Shown here piece after piece: positions 1 to 12,480 of a DNA stretch of 64,000 bases. The position numbers and the translations under genes are program-made. The DNA is from Octopus bimaculoides (taxonomy: Eukaryota), in NCBI RefSeq assembly GCF_001194135.2, contig NC_069006.1, forward strand, positions 9,437,896 through 9,501,895. Reading direction: 5' to 3'. Within the stretch, counting starts at the first letter, position 1; the number at the start of each line of letters is the position of its first letter. The notes beneath the pieces are model-generated. The model saw only the letters and a program-made list of their open reading frames with translations, ran no database searches and was not told the origin of the DNA.

Positions 1-696
1 CATTTTACTGCTTTCGCCACCATCACTATCATTTCTATTATCATTCCCCTCTTCCCCATTATTATCCTTACTCTTTCCTTTACTATCATTACTTTCTCCT
101 TCATTACTGTCCTTACTATCAGAATGATTACTCTCTATTATTATTATTATCATTACTCTCCCCATTATTACTTAGTGTATTTACAGCTTCACAATCATTC
201 TTCTGACCCCATAGCAAGCAAATAAGTGAAAACAACCAGAGTAACATTACCTCTTCGGTCACGCCCACTGCCACTAGAGGGAGCTGTAGGTAGCCTTGGC
301 CTCCTATAACAAAAATACAAAAAAAAATAATAATAATAAACAAGGAATTAATCTTCGATCAAATAAGTCACGTTTTCTTTGAAATAACTAATAGAAGAAA
401 CCCACTGGTGACCAAGGAAAATTGGTTCTAATGATACAATCTTCCTTTTATTAAGTGATCTAGATGAAAACTTGCCATCAAAATTTCATGTTAACTTATG
501 CTCTCTAAACCAGCTTAATAATAACCTAAGTTGCTTTTTTAAATTTCAATAAACTGAAACTAAGTCTATTTCTACAGGAATATATGGTAACAAAAGGGTA
601 AAAGTGATCTAAATTAAAACCTTCAATCAAAATTTCTTGTTAATTTGTTCCAAACATCAGTTTAATAATGACAAGCACATTATTTGTAATGACCAA

Positions 697-908
697 AGCG
701 GTGAGCTGGCAAAATCATTAGCATGCTGGGCAAAATGCTTAGTGGTACTTCGCCTGTCGCTATGTTCTGAGTTCAAATTCTGCTGAGGTCAAGTTTGCCT
801 TTCATCCTTTCGGGGGTCGATAAATTAAGTACTAGTTGTGTACTGAGGTCAAGCTAATCGACTGGCCCCCTACCCCAAAATTTCAGGCCTTGTGCCTAGA
901 GTAGAAAG
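697..908 (+). mobile_element. tRNA-headed SINE, family B
   Basis: gcggtgagctggcaaaatcattagca...gagttcaaattc...ataagtac...ggcccccta tail, as in many other copies. Confidence 0.8.
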
Positions 909-1101
909 GATTTTTAGTAATGACTGGCGCCTGTCATGGAAAACCTTGTCATCATGTCGCTTTTTATGATTCACCAACATTTTTCAGCCATACAGTGGGA
1001 AATAGTTGACATTGCTGATGGAGAGTTCAATCTTGGTCACTAACACAGAATTGCCAAGACTTCCAACTCGAGTCTTGTCAACACCTCACAAATTGGGGTG
1101 A

Positions 1102-1138
<37 letters not shown>

Positions 1139-1139
1139 T

Positions 1140-1491
1140 TTTATTTGTTTCAGTCATTGGAATACGACCATACTGGGGCAATAGCTTGAAAAGTTTAGAC
1201 AAATAAATTTACAACAGGATTTATCATTTTAACTCTCTTCTACAGAACTGCTAAGTTACAGGGAAACAAACAAACCAACACAGATTGTCAAGAGGTTGTG
1301 GGGGAGAAACAACACAAAAACACACACTAACACAACAGGCTTTCATTCAGTTTCCCTCTAACGAATTCATTCACAAAGCATCAGTTGTTCTGGGAGTATA
1401 TTAGAAGACACTTACCTATGGTGCTGCACAGTGGGACTGAACCCAAAGCCACATGGTTGCAAAGCAAGCTTCTTAACCACACAGCCATACC
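1140..1491 (-). mobile_element. tRNA-headed SINE, family A (degenerate copy)
   Basis: Head GGCTGTGTGGTTAAG and B-box GGTTCAGTCC on the minus strand; body and tail match the other family A copies. Confidence 0.75.
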
Positions 1492-1635
1492 GTAAGTAAG
1501 TATGCATGCATGTAGGTGTATACATATATGTATGTAGAAGTGTGTGTGTGTGTGTGTGTGCATGTGTATGTATATTTGCAGGTGCTAATGTGTATGTAGA
1601 AATGAAGTGTTTGTTTATTTTCGAAAACATTTCTA

Positions 1636-1863
1636 TTGGGTTGTCTGGAAAGTTCGTGCCAGTTTATAGTAGCTTATCTTTCGACTTATTTGCCATGAAA
1701 CCACCTCAATTCTGGGAAGAGGGTATTTTCAAGTTATACGAAAGATGGAGACACATTGTGCAACAAAATGGTTCATATTTGGTTGATTAAAAATGTAATG
1801 GCAAGTATTTATTGACCTTTTTCTTTCCTTTAAAAATCGGCATGAACTTTCTGGACAACCCAA
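1636..1863 (+). mobile_element. mariner-derived non-autonomous element
   Basis: TIRs TTGGGTTGTC(T/C)(G/A)GAAAGTTC(G/A)TGCC, TA on both flanks. Internal FAMKPPQFWEEGIFKLYERWRHIVQQNGSYLVD* resembles a mariner transposase C-terminus. Confidence 0.85.
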
Positions 1864-1943
1864 TACATACACATTAACACCTACAAAAATACATACACAC
1901 ACACATACTTCTACATATGTATATACCTACACACACACATATA

Positions 1944-1991
<48 letters not shown>

Positions 1992-2142
1992 ATGCAGTTA
2001 CACATACGTGTATATACACACATATCCACCTGTTCAACATACATACATCTATACCCACACACATGCACACAAAAACACAAATACATATTACAAAAATATG
2101 ATTATACATACATGCATATATATATATACACACACACATATA

Positions 2143-2729
2143 CAGGGTGTCCCAAAAAGATGTACTCACTCTTTGACAGACGATTANNNNNNNNNNTGTC
2201 CCAAAAAGATGTACTCACTCTTTGACAGACGATTACTAATGTATTGTTTTTTGTGATGTACGGGCTTACCTCAATGCAACAAATCCAAACAAATGGATTG
2301 GGAGGATAGGTAGCATTGACTTTCCTGCACGTTCCCTAGACCTCATGCCAATGGATTTAAAAAATTTTTTATGGGAACATCTCAAAGATAAGGTTTACGC
2401 TGCAAAACCAGTGACAATTGATGATTTGAAAAATGAAATTCGAATACAATGTCTTGCAATTCCAAATGAAATGTTTGGCAATGTTGTCGAATCCATTGTT
2501 GGACGTTATCAGCTTCGTTTGGAAAATGAAGGAAGACAGTTTGAACATTTGCAAACACGCAGGAATGAGAGAGAACATTAAATAATTCTAAATGACAATA
2601 AATAATCGATTTACTTTCCTGAATTTAATTTAACTTTCTAGGATTGTATGTATATCAATAAACATCTACTTGAACACAAAATGCATGAGTACTGGGAAGT
2701 CAAAGAGTACATATTTTTGGGACACCCTG
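2143..2729 (+). mobile_element. internally deleted Tc1/mariner-superfamily transposon
   Basis: TIRs CAGGGTGTCCCAAAAA..TGTACTC, TA flanks. Remnant WIGRIGSIDFPARSLDL...FLWEHLKDKVY...GRQFEHL resembles the WPPRSPDL..LDFFLWGYLK..VY transposase C-terminus. Confidence 0.88.
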
Positions 2730-2781
2730 TATACACCTATTCAACAGAACTGAATGCAAGCAGGTATTTGTATATACATAC

Positions 2782-2903
2782 ATGACAAGCGTAGCATCCA
2801 TTCCACTGGGATCCATCTGTATGCAGCTTCGGATTGCATTTAGCCAAGATACCATACTTTCCCAATCGGCCGCCTCCACTACATATTCCATTGTCCCTTC
2901 TCC
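2782..2903 (-). CDS. SH2B: SH2B exon, end of PH domain
   Basis: GEGTMEYVVEAADWESMVSWLNAIRSCIQMDP aligns by eye to human SH2B1 VEGPSEYIMETVD...AWVSDIQECL. Acceptor attttccag before 2903; most likely donor AT|gtatgt at 2782/2781 (donor position less certain). Confidence 0.85.
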
Positions 2904-3126
2904 CTGGAAAATAAAACAAAAATCAAAAATTAAACAGTAACATACTGGGGTTGTGGTGGCTGTGTGGTTAACAAGTTTGATTTCCAGCCACATGGTTCAA
3001 GGTTCATTCCCATGTCTTGGTCCTTGGGCCAAATGTCTTTTACTATGACCATGGACCAGCAAAAGCCTTGTGTGTAGATTTCACAAATGGAAACTGAAAG
3101 AAGCCCACCATGTGTGGGTACATATC

Positions 3127-3396
3127 ATGGCTGTGTGGTAAGAAGCTTGCTTCCGAACTACATGGGTCCAGGTTCAGTCCCACTGTGTGGCACCTTGGGC
3201 AAATTTCTTCTACGATAACCTTGGGTTGACCAAACCTTGTGAGTGGAAACTGAAAGAAGCCCACCATTTGCATAACAGAGCTTGTGTGTGTTGGTGTTTA
3301 TCCCCCACACCTGCTTGACAACTGATGCAGGTTTGTTTATATCCCATAACTTAGCAGATCAGCAAACTGGATCAAATACCATGCTTAGAAAAAAAG

Positions 3397-3427
<31 letters not shown>

Positions 3428-3510
3428 ACTGGTGGTGATTTGGTCGACTAAAATTCTTCAAGGTGGTGCCCCAGCATGGCTGCAGTCTCGTGACTGAGCC
3501 AAAACATAAA
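3127..3510 (+). mobile_element. SINE family A
   Basis: tggctgtgtggtaag head, ggttcagtcc B-box, caccttgggcaa core, ccagcatggc..cagtc..gactga tail. Confidence 0.8.
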
Positions 3511-3584
3511 GGACGTGTATGTATGTGTGTATGTTTGAAAGAAGGAGGCTAAACGTGTCTCTATGTATGTATAAGTTCGTCTGC

Positions 3585-3790
3585 GTCTCCTTTTCTTGAT
3601 ATTGCAAATGAATGTCATTCATTGCCAATATTCCAAGCAAACATGTCTGGCCATGGGGAACAGAATATTATGTTGCTTGGAAACAGGTGAAGCTTGGTGA
3701 CAGGAAAGGCACCCGGCTGTAGTGAATCTGCCTCAACGACTCCTTTCCGATCCATGCAAGTATGGAAAAGTGGACATCAAAACAATGAAC
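3585..3790 (+). mobile_element. SINE tail module with RTE-like 3' end (tail I)
   Basis: ggaaacaggtgaag.ttggtgacaggaa.ggca...gtatggaaaagtggacatcaaa; also at ~28665-28795 (+), ~39460-39680 (+), ~48420-48610 (-). Confidence 0.65.
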
Positions 3791-4935
3791 CCCTAATATG
3801 TAATGGACCTACTTTATTTGTGCACATGTGTATGTATGTGCATGCACGTGTATGTTTGCATGTATGTGTGTGTATGTGTATGCATGTGTATGCGTGTATG
3901 TNNNNNNNNNNNNNNNNNNNNNNNNNNNNNNNNNNNNNNNNNNNNNNNNNNNNNNNNNNNNNNNNNNNNNNNNNNNNNNNNNNNNNNNNNNNNNNNNNNN
4001 NNNNNNNNNNNNNNNNNNNNNNNNNNNNNNNNNNNNNNNNNNNNNNNNNNNNNNNNNNNNNNNNNNNNNNNNNNNNNNNNNNNNNNNNNNNNNNNNNNNN
4101 NNNNNNNNNNNNNNNNNNNNNNNNNNNNNNNNNNNNNNNNNNNNNNNNNNNNNNNNNNNNNNNNNNNNNNNNNNNNNNNNNNNNNNNNNNNNNNNNNNNN
4201 NNNNNNNNNNNNNNNNNNNNNNNNNNNNNNNNNNNNNNNNNNNNNNNNNNNNNNNNNNNNNNNNNNNNNNNNNNNNNNNNNNNNNNNNNNNNNNNNNNNN
4301 NNNNNNNNNNNNNNNNNNNNNNNNNNNNNNNNNNNNNNNNNNNNNNNNNNNNNNNNNNNNNNNNNNNNNNNNNNNNNNNNNNNNNNNNNNNNNNNNNNNN
4401 NNNNNNNNNNNNNNNNNNNNNNNNNNNNNNNNNNNNNNNNNNNNNNNNNNNNNNNNNNNNNNNNNNNNNNNNNNNNNNNNNNNNNNNNNNNNNNNNNNNN
4501 NNNNNNNNNNNNNNNNNNNNNNNNNNNNNNNNNNNNNNNNNNNNNNNNNNNNNNNNNNNNNNNNNNNNNNNNNNNNNNNNNNNNNNNNNNNNNNNNNNNN
4601 NNNNNNNNNNNNNNTATATATATAGGTGTATGTATATCTGTGTATATATGTGTGTATGTATGTGTGCATATATGTGTGTGTGTATATATGTATGTGTTCC
4701 TTCTCTCTGAATGCCCCACAAACATACACTGCTCACCCTCAATTATTTCATCTGTCTCCGTTATATAATGATGATAGCTGTGTATGTGGGGGGGGGCACA
4801 TTTATGGGCAGAGGTGTGCATAAAATAACATTGTGAGAAGGGAACACACATGCAATGCTCGGCTTCAATACCAAATAAAACTCCCACGCTCACAATCTCT
4901 CCCTCACACCCCTCATACCAGTTGCAGAAGTAGTG

Positions 4936-5170
4936 GAGGTGCATGGGTTAAGGGTGTTGGACTCATTATCGTAAGATTGTGGTTTCAATCCCTGGACCAG
5001 GTGACGTGTTGTGTACTTGAGCTAACACTTCATTTCGCATGGCCCCAGTCCACTCAGCTGACAAAAGTGAGTAAACCTGCGACAGACTGGCATCCCATCC
5101 AGGTGGGGAATTTATATGCCATGGAAACCAGGAAACGGGCCCTTATGAGTCAGCATGACTGGAGAAGGTG
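4936..5170 (+). mobile_element. tRNA-headed SINE, family C, tail C2
   Basis: ggaggtgcatgg..taagggtgtt...ggtttcaatccc head; cctgcgacagactggcatcccatccagg body; matches the minus-strand copy at 35180-35440. Confidence 0.75.
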
Positions 5171-5213
5171 TGTGTCCCCCTTTTTTAAAAAAATAATTGC
5201 AGAAGTTCCTTAC

Positions 5214-5312
5214 CTTGATAACAAAAGTATTTTCTCGGTCAGGCATTTCCAAAGCTGTCGTTTCACGGATTTCCGTAATCAGGCACAAAGGAACAGTCCT
5301 TGGCTTAAAAGA
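5214..5312 (-). CDS. SH2B: SH2B PH-domain exon (99 bp, 33 codons)
   Basis: SFKPRTVPLCLITEIRETTALEMPDRENTFVIK contains the SH2B hallmark TTALEMPDRENTFV. Acceptor ttttcttttcag, donor AAG|gtaagg, phase 0 on both sides, in frame with the 52475 exon. Confidence 0.95.
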
Positions 5313-6595
5313 CTGAAAAGAAAAGAAAAACAAAAGGAAATTTGAAATTAAGCTTAAACAATAGGCAAGTTAACTACAGGCACAATAAACTATAGGCACA
5401 ATAAGAATGTATAGGCACAGATATAGTTAAGAAGCTTATTTTGCAGCTATTTGGTTTTGGGTTCAGTCCCACTGTATGGCACCTTAAACATACTGAAGCC
5501 TGGGTCAATCAAGGCCTTGTGAGTGAGTTTGGTCAATGGAAACTGTATAGAAGCCCATAATACATTGTGCGTGTGCATGTGTGTGTATAGCTTCACTTCT
5601 TGGCAGCTAGTGTTGGTTTGTTAATGTCCCCCATAACTTAGCAGTTCGACAAAAGCAACTGATAAAATAAACACCTGACTTTAAAAAAACAAGTACTGGG
5701 GTGGGGGATCGATTTGCTCAACTGATGAACTCTTCAAGGTGGGGCTCCAGCATGGCCACAGTCCAATGATCAAAACAAAGCCATATACAATCAGAACAAT
5801 GAATAGGGACCCTAAAAATTAAATTTAGAAAGGAGTGACCAGAGTGGATGGAAGGATGGGTGGGCAGGAAGGGACAAAGATTCAACAAAAATCAGAAAAT
5901 TTAGTTTCCATAAACAAATTGTAACAAAAAAGAAAAAAAATTTTTTTTGAGAAATTTCTATTTATTTATTTATTATTCATTGTTTCTCAGCTCGTTAATT
6001 CAAATAATTAGATAATCAGAAGACTCGTTATGTAACTTCCATTCATGCTTCATTAACACTTGTAGTCATACTTCATTAATCTTTGCAATGTAATCAGCTG
6101 TTCTTGCTCAGACTACAATTAGTTCTCACTGACATTTAGCTCCTAGTTTAAAGTATCATATGGAGATTGAGAGACGGGGGGAGGGGAGAGAGAGAGAGAG
6201 AGAGAGAGAAAGAGATCAGTGTTTCCCAAGAGCTGGTTAGTTCCAAGGAATACCAAGGGTTCCATGAAAAACTTCAGGGTTCCACAAAACAAGGTGCTTT
6301 TTAATAACATTTAATAAAAACAAAAATGCCATATTTGATGGCATAAAAGATCCACGGGTATACCAAACACACCTCCATTTCAGTAGCACATGCGTGGAAG
6401 GCACCCAGAATGGCTGGCACCATGTGGAAGGCATGCAAGACATTGTAAAACAGTTGAAGTTCGGAAGGGCATCTAGCTGTGGAAACGGTGCTGAAACAGA
6501 CAATGGAACCTGGTACAGTTCCTGTCAAACTGTCCAACCCATACCAGCATGGAAAACATATGCTGAACAATGATGTTAATGATATACCCAGCTTA

Positions 6596-7018
6596 AGGCA
6601 GCGAGCTGGCAAAATCATTAGCACATTGGCCGGAATGCTTAGTAGTATTTCGGCTGCCGTTACGTTCCAAGTTCAAATTTCACCGAGGTCGACTTTGCCT
6701 TTCATCCTTTCGGGGTCGATTAAATAAGTACCAGTTAGGCACTGGGGTCAATGTAATCAACTTAATCGCTTTGTCTGTCCTTGTTATTATTATCGTTATT
6801 AAGGCAGCGAGCTAGCAGAATCTGTTAGCATGCTGGGTGAAATGCTTAGCGGTATTTCGCCAGTCGCTATGTTCTGAGTTCAAATTCCACTGAGGTCAAC
6901 TTTGCCTTTCAACCTTTCGGGGGGGTTGATAAATTAAGTACCAGTTGTGTACTGGGATCGATCTAATCAACTGGCCCCCTCCCCACAAACATCAGTCCTT
7001 GTGCCTATAACAGAAAGG

Positions 7019-7060
<42 letters not shown>

Positions 7061-7262
7061 GGTGGTGAGCTGGCAGAATCGTTATCATACCGGGCAATAA
7101 TGCTCAGAGGTATTTTGTCTGTCCTTATGTTCTGAGTTCAAATTCCACCAAGGTCGACTTTGAGGGTCCACAAAATAGGTACCAGTCAAATACTGGGGTC
7201 ATTGTAATCAATTGGACCCCTCCCCCAAAATTTCAGACCATGTGCCTATAGTAGGAATTATT
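6596..7262 (+). mobile_element. three consecutive family B SINEs
   Basis: Heads at ~6596, ~6801 and ~7061, separated by (TTA)n tracts. Confidence 0.85.
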
Positions 7263-7743
7263 ATTACTACTACTACGACTACAAAAAGTGCAGCTGCTGC
7301 AATAACAACCATTGCCACTGCAGTGACAATGAGAAAATAGGCGAATATAACAAACCAACAGCAGTCTAGTCTACAGTTTAGTGGTCGTGGGGGGAGGGGC
7401 TAGTTATAATGGTGATGATGCTGATGCCAGTAGTATTGATGATGGTGGTGGTGGTAGTGAGCTACATGTGGCAACATTCCAAGAACATTGCCTATAACAA
7501 GGATGTTGTTCTTGCTGTTATTTTTATCATGATGACGACAACGATGATGACGTCTGCCCCAATGTTGCCGATGTTGTCATCGTAACCCACAATTTTGTTG
7601 ATTTCTGTTAACCGACATTGGGGCCTGACGCAGCCCCATGGCTCATCAGACCCTGTCAAACTACCCAACCCAAATCAGCATGGAAAACAAACATTAAACG
7701 ATAATAGTGGTGTTAGCCCTATTTTGCTGTTATCCCACTCTGT

Positions 7744-7990
7744 TTGCCCTCATTAACCCCTACAGTCATTTGCTCAGTTGCACTTAACCGCAAGTCATTT
7801 GCTTTCATTAGTCCCAACTGTCGTCTGCCCTCATCAACTCTTACTGTCGTCTGCCCTCATCAACTCCTACTGTCGTCTGCCCTCATCAACTCCTACTGTC
7901 GCCCGCCCTCATCAACTCCTACTGTTGTCTGCTCTCATCAACTCCTACTGTTGTCTGCCCTCATCAACTCCTACTGTCGCCCGCCCTCAT
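7744..7990. repeat. 26-bp minisatellite (ctgccctcatcaactcctactgtcgt)n
   Basis: About six near-perfect units from ~7824 running into an N gap, preceded by degenerate units. Confidence 0.9.
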
Positions 7991-9949
7991 NNNNNNNNNN
8001 NNNNNNNNNNNNNNNNNNNNNNNNNNNNNNNNNNNNNNNNNNNNNNNNNNNNNNNNNNNNNNNNNNNNNNNNNNNNNNNNNNNNNNNNNNNNNNNNNNNN
8101 NNNNNNNNNNNNNNNNNNNNNNNNNNNNNNNNNNNNNNNNNNNNNNNNNNNNNNNNNNNNNNNNNNNNNNNNNNNNNNNNNNNNNNNNNNNNNNNNNNNN
8201 NNNNNNNNNNNNNNNNNNNNNNNNNNNNNNNNNNNNNNNNNNNNNNNNNNNNNNNNNNNNNNNNNNNNNNNNNNNNNNNNNNNNNNNNNNNNNNNNNNNN
8301 NNNNNNNNNNNNNNNNNNNNNNNNNNNNNNNNNNNNNNNNNNNNNNNNNNNNNNNNNNNNNNNNNNNNNNNNNNNNNNNNNNNNNNNNNNNNNNNNNNNN
8401 NNNNNNNNNNNNNNNNNNNNNNNNNNNNNNNNNNNNNNNNNNNNNNNNNNNNNNNNNNNNNNNNNNNNNNNNNNNNTATATATATATATATTCTTTCACT
8501 TGTTTCAGTCTTAAGACAGTGGCCATGCTGGAGCACTAACCTTGAATTTTAGATGACCCAGTACATATTTTTAAGCCTGGTACTTATTCTCTCAGTCTCT
8601 TTTTCTGAACTGGTAGGTTGCAGGGACATAAACACCAACACTGGTTATCTATTATGGTGGGGGACAAACAAACACACACATGTTCAAGAGATGACCCAAA
8701 GTTCCAAAAAGTAATGGAGCTCCACTTCATCCATAAAAGTTCTCTCCAAAATTAAACGTTCAAAAGAGAAGCAGGGGAACTGCATTTTGTCAAGAAGACT
8801 GGAAAATGAAACGGAGACAATATGCATGAACACCCCTCCAAATGAAACAAGTTATGAACGTTATAATAATAACAGTCGTATTAGCTGTACCCAGTTAATA
8901 TGACTGTGGAGAAATAATGCAAATGAATGCTCCACTGATCGCTATATTGCTGTCTAAAAATATTCACATATCATGCAAGGTGACATCAACGTTTTGGTGT
9001 CTGTCAAAAAAGTTTCTTCATGGTCATTTTACCACTTTATCATTATTTTTTAAACAAAGCAAAAAAAAAAAAAAAACATCTAATTCATATAAATGGATGA
9101 TGAAACGTTCTGTTTTTACCATTTCGATTTTGACGAGTTCGATAAATGAATGAAAGCGCTAATAAAGAATTATCCAAAATTCTGACTTTCTCCTTTTCCT
9201 CAATATGCATACCTGTTACAGGTTCAGTTGCACTATGTAACACCTTAGGCAAGTGTCTTCTACTATAGCCTCGGGCCGACCAAAGCCTTGGAAACTAGAA
9301 GAAGCCCATCATGTACGTATGTATGTGTGCATTTGTGTCTGTGTTTGTCCCCCCACCATCGCTTTGACAATCAATGTCGGTGTGTTTATATACCCGTAAC
9401 TTAGCGGTTTGGCAATAGAGACCGATAGAATAAGCACTAAGCTTACAAACGACTGACATGAATACACACACATAAACACAACTGGCTTCTTTCAGTTTCC
9501 GTCTGTGGAATTGACTCACAAAGCTTTGGTCAGCCCAAGGATTAGAGTAGAAGACACTTGTCCAAGGCACCACAGAATGAGATTGAACCCAGACACACAC
9601 CCTTTTCCTTTACACTGACATAAACACATATCCTCTTAACGAATGGTCCACTGTGCACGACTCTGCTGCTTCTGCTGCTGCTGTTGTCAGAACTACATGA
9701 AACATGTCTGTTGTATTCCAGATTGGTGTTACTAATGCCATGTTTGACAACTGATGTCTAGAGCCATTTCTCTGCAGAGCAGAATGATTTATAGACAGAC
9801 AGACAGACAAGCAGAAAGGAATAGAAGAGAATGTATAAAATAGCTGTAGTGTGGTGATGGTGGTGGTGGTGGTGGTGGTGGAGATTAGATGTGAGCATAT
9901 TCTATTTGTGATTGAAGAAGTGGGTGTGGCTGACTATAAGAATGCCTCC

Positions 9950-10287
9950 CCACCACACGTACACAAAAACACACAAACATTACACATGCACACACACATG
10001 TCCACACCCACACTTACACGCACATGCCCACGTGGACACACATGCCCATACACACACACACACACACACGCTTATACACACACACACATGCTTATACACG
10101 CCCACACATACATATGCCCATACACACACGCATGCCCATACATACACACCACTCAGAGCCAGAGCCAGTTTCAGCTGGGTTGGTATCGAAAGGGTTAAGG
10201 GACTACAAAGAAGGAAAAGAAGGGGGAGACATACACACATGCATATCCATCCACACACACATGCATGCCTATACACACACAGATGTC

Positions 10288-10323
<36 letters not shown>

Positions 10324-10370
10324 GGTATGTATGTGCACAGTACACATTGCCAGGCCAAGCCAAGAGCCAC
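9950..10370. repeat. CA-rich degenerate satellite (cacacacatgcccata-like)
   Basis: Directly visible; source of several His/Thr-rich pseudo-ORFs. Confidence 0.85.
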
Positions 10371-11308
10371 CACTACTAATAATAGTATTATTATTATTAT
10401 TATTATTAGGTCTAGGCTTTGTCTGATGCTCTGCTCTCTCTGTCTCCGTCTCTCTCTCTCTCAAACATGGACTTATATNNNNNNNNNNNNNNNNNNNNNN
10501 NNNNNNNNNNNNNNNNNNNNNNNNNNNNNNNNNNNNNNNNNNNNNNNNNNNNNNNNNNNNNNNNNNNNNNNNNNNNNNNNNNNNNNNNNNNNNNNNNNNN
10601 NNNNNNNNNNNNNNNNNNNNNNNNNNNNNNNNNNNNNNNNNNNNNNNNNNNNNNNNNNNNNNNNNNNNNNNNNNNNNNNNNNNNNNNNNNNNNNNNNNNN
10701 NNNNNNNNNNNNNNNNNNNNNNNNNNNNNNNNNNNNNNNNNNNNNNNNNNNNNNNNAAGGAGGAGAGGAGAAAGTTGAAAGCAATTGACGAATCCTGCCT
10801 CCATCTGTAGGTATGAATGGGATGGAGTGGTGGGACAGGGGGACATAGGCATGCTCTTCATAGTGTATGTATGTTATATGCATATATGTATATGAATGTA
10901 TGTGTAGTGTACATGTATGATATGTATGGCTTACGTGTATGTATTTTCTATTATGTATGGTATGTGTATATACCTATGTATGTCTGTTCAGTATGTATAT
11001 TATGTATATATGTGTGGTACTTGTGTGTGTTTGTGTGTGTGTGTAATAGATGACCAAGTTCATAAGGTACTCACCACCCAGTTTGTACTCAGTTACTTGG
11101 TTGACACCACCCAGCTCTAAGTAGGTAACACAATATGCTACCCTCAAACTGTATGTTATTTGCTTTTACTCCACCCCCACCCACATAAAAAACAATTTTG
11201 ATTAAAACTAAGGATGCAGTATGATACAATGTGACACAATTTAGACCCTATCCACTCAAAGAAATATTGAGATATTTTGTCCCAGACAAGGCTTGAGGCA
11301 ACTGTAGT

Positions 11309-11537
11309 TTAACTCTTTCATTACCCTATTTCTGTTGAAATGCTTTGTATTTCTTTTAATTAATTTTAAATATAACAAAGAATTTATTAAAATAACTTAG
11401 TTATCATTAAGCTAGTGTTAGGAACATAAATTATGACTAAGGTTTGGTGGAAGATTTTAATTCAGAACTTTTGAAAACAAGACATTTGTACTCAGAGCCA
11501 GAGCCAGTTTCAGCTGGGTTGGTATCGAAAGGGTTAA
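11309..11537 (+). mobile_element. piggyBac-type MITE, family E
   Basis: TTAA at both ends with TIR-like CTCTTTCATTACC / GGTATCGAAAGGG. Related copies at 37051-37271 (-), ~53200-53385, 53409-53608 and 48850-49308. Confidence 0.8.
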
Positions 11538-11634
11538 GGGACTACAAAGAAGGAAAAGAAGGGGGAGACAAATTCAAAAGTTGACAAAACTGAAAGGACT
11601 GACTACCAGCGAAAAACAAAGCAATGGTAGTGAG

Positions 11635-11864
11635 TTAACCCTTTAGCATTCAGATTACTGTGTGGAATATAATGCTTTATTTATTCACATTGTATTGAAT
11701 TAGCTGTGCATTATCTCATCGTTGAAAGATTTCTGTGATGTGACTCTTTACTTGGGGAATGATATTGTGGGGTAGGTCGAACAGGATGGATCTGGGTGGT
11801 TTTGAACATAAAGGAGGTAAAATATTTAGGCTGGATATGGCTGATTTAGATGCTAAAGGGTTAA
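11635..11864 (-). mobile_element. piggyBac-type MITE, family F
   Basis: TTAACCCTTTAGCA ... TGCTAAAGGGTTAA termini. Confidence 0.85.
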
Positions 11865-11938
11865 AAATAGCAACGTTTTGAGGAAAGAAACTGTTAGAAT
11901 GAAAGGAGTTATGACGAAGAGGAAGCTCGACAGTTATT

Positions 11939-12176
11939 AAGGCAGCAAGCTGGCAGAACCGTTAGCACACCGGGCGAAATGCTTAGCAGTATTTTGTCTG
12001 CTGTTACGTCCTGAGTTCAAATTCTGCCAAGTTCGACTTTGCCTTTCATCCTTTTGGGGTCGATTAAATAAGTACCAGTTACGCACTGGGGTCGATGTAA
12101 TTGACTTAATCTCTTTGTCTGTCCTTGTTTGTCCCCTCTATGTTTAGCCCCCTTGTGGGCAATAAAGAAATAAGAA
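11939..12176 (+). mobile_element. SINE family B, near full length
   Basis: ggcagcaagctggcagaaccgttagcac head through the ccccttgtgggcaataaagaaat tail. Confidence 0.85.
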
Positions 12177-12179
12177 ATG

Positions 12180-12480
12180 AGTGACATGTTTAAAGGTTTT
12201 GACAGAGAAATACGAGACCAGGAAGTTTATCAGAGTGATGACCGGAGAAAGAAGAGAATGCACCATGTGAATGACTTGGTTCTGAAGACAACGGTAGAGT
12301 GTTCCAGAGAGCAGCAGTTTAAGAAAAGATGCTATTAGAATAAAAGGATATGTTAGTAATGGGAAGCTCAACAGAGAAATGGTGCATTTAGGAAGAGAAA
12401 CGGGTGACATGTTTAAAAGCCTTGACAGAGAAGTACTAGACCAGGAAGTTCGTCAGAGCAATGGTCATGGAAATAGTTTA
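12180..12480 (-). mobile_element. CR1/L2/Jockey-like LINE ORF2 3' fragment
   Basis: Minus frame HFSVELPITNISFYSNSIFS*TAALWNTLP resembles the ..NSFFPRT..LWNxLP C-terminal motif. A ~65-bp direct repeat occurs at ~12181 and ~12403. Confidence 0.6.

Noticed and set aside
2146-2236. Direct repeat flanking a 10-N gap (also 14095-14195)
   Set aside because: Typical unmerged contig-overlap artefact.
1-2781. SH2-domain exons of SH2B
   Set aside because: No W(F/Y)HG or FLVR-like motif found; the region is repeats, so the exons are presumably beyond the window start.
3694-4944. Long ORFs of 250-420 aa here and at 7744-8539, 58549-59323, 60781-62174 and other gaps
   Set aside because: They are open only because they run through N gaps and microsatellites.
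9912-10788. His/Thr-, Val/Cys-, Tyr/Ile- and Arg/Glu-rich ORFs
   Set aside because: Translations of (CA)n, (TG)n, (TA)n and (GA)n repeats.
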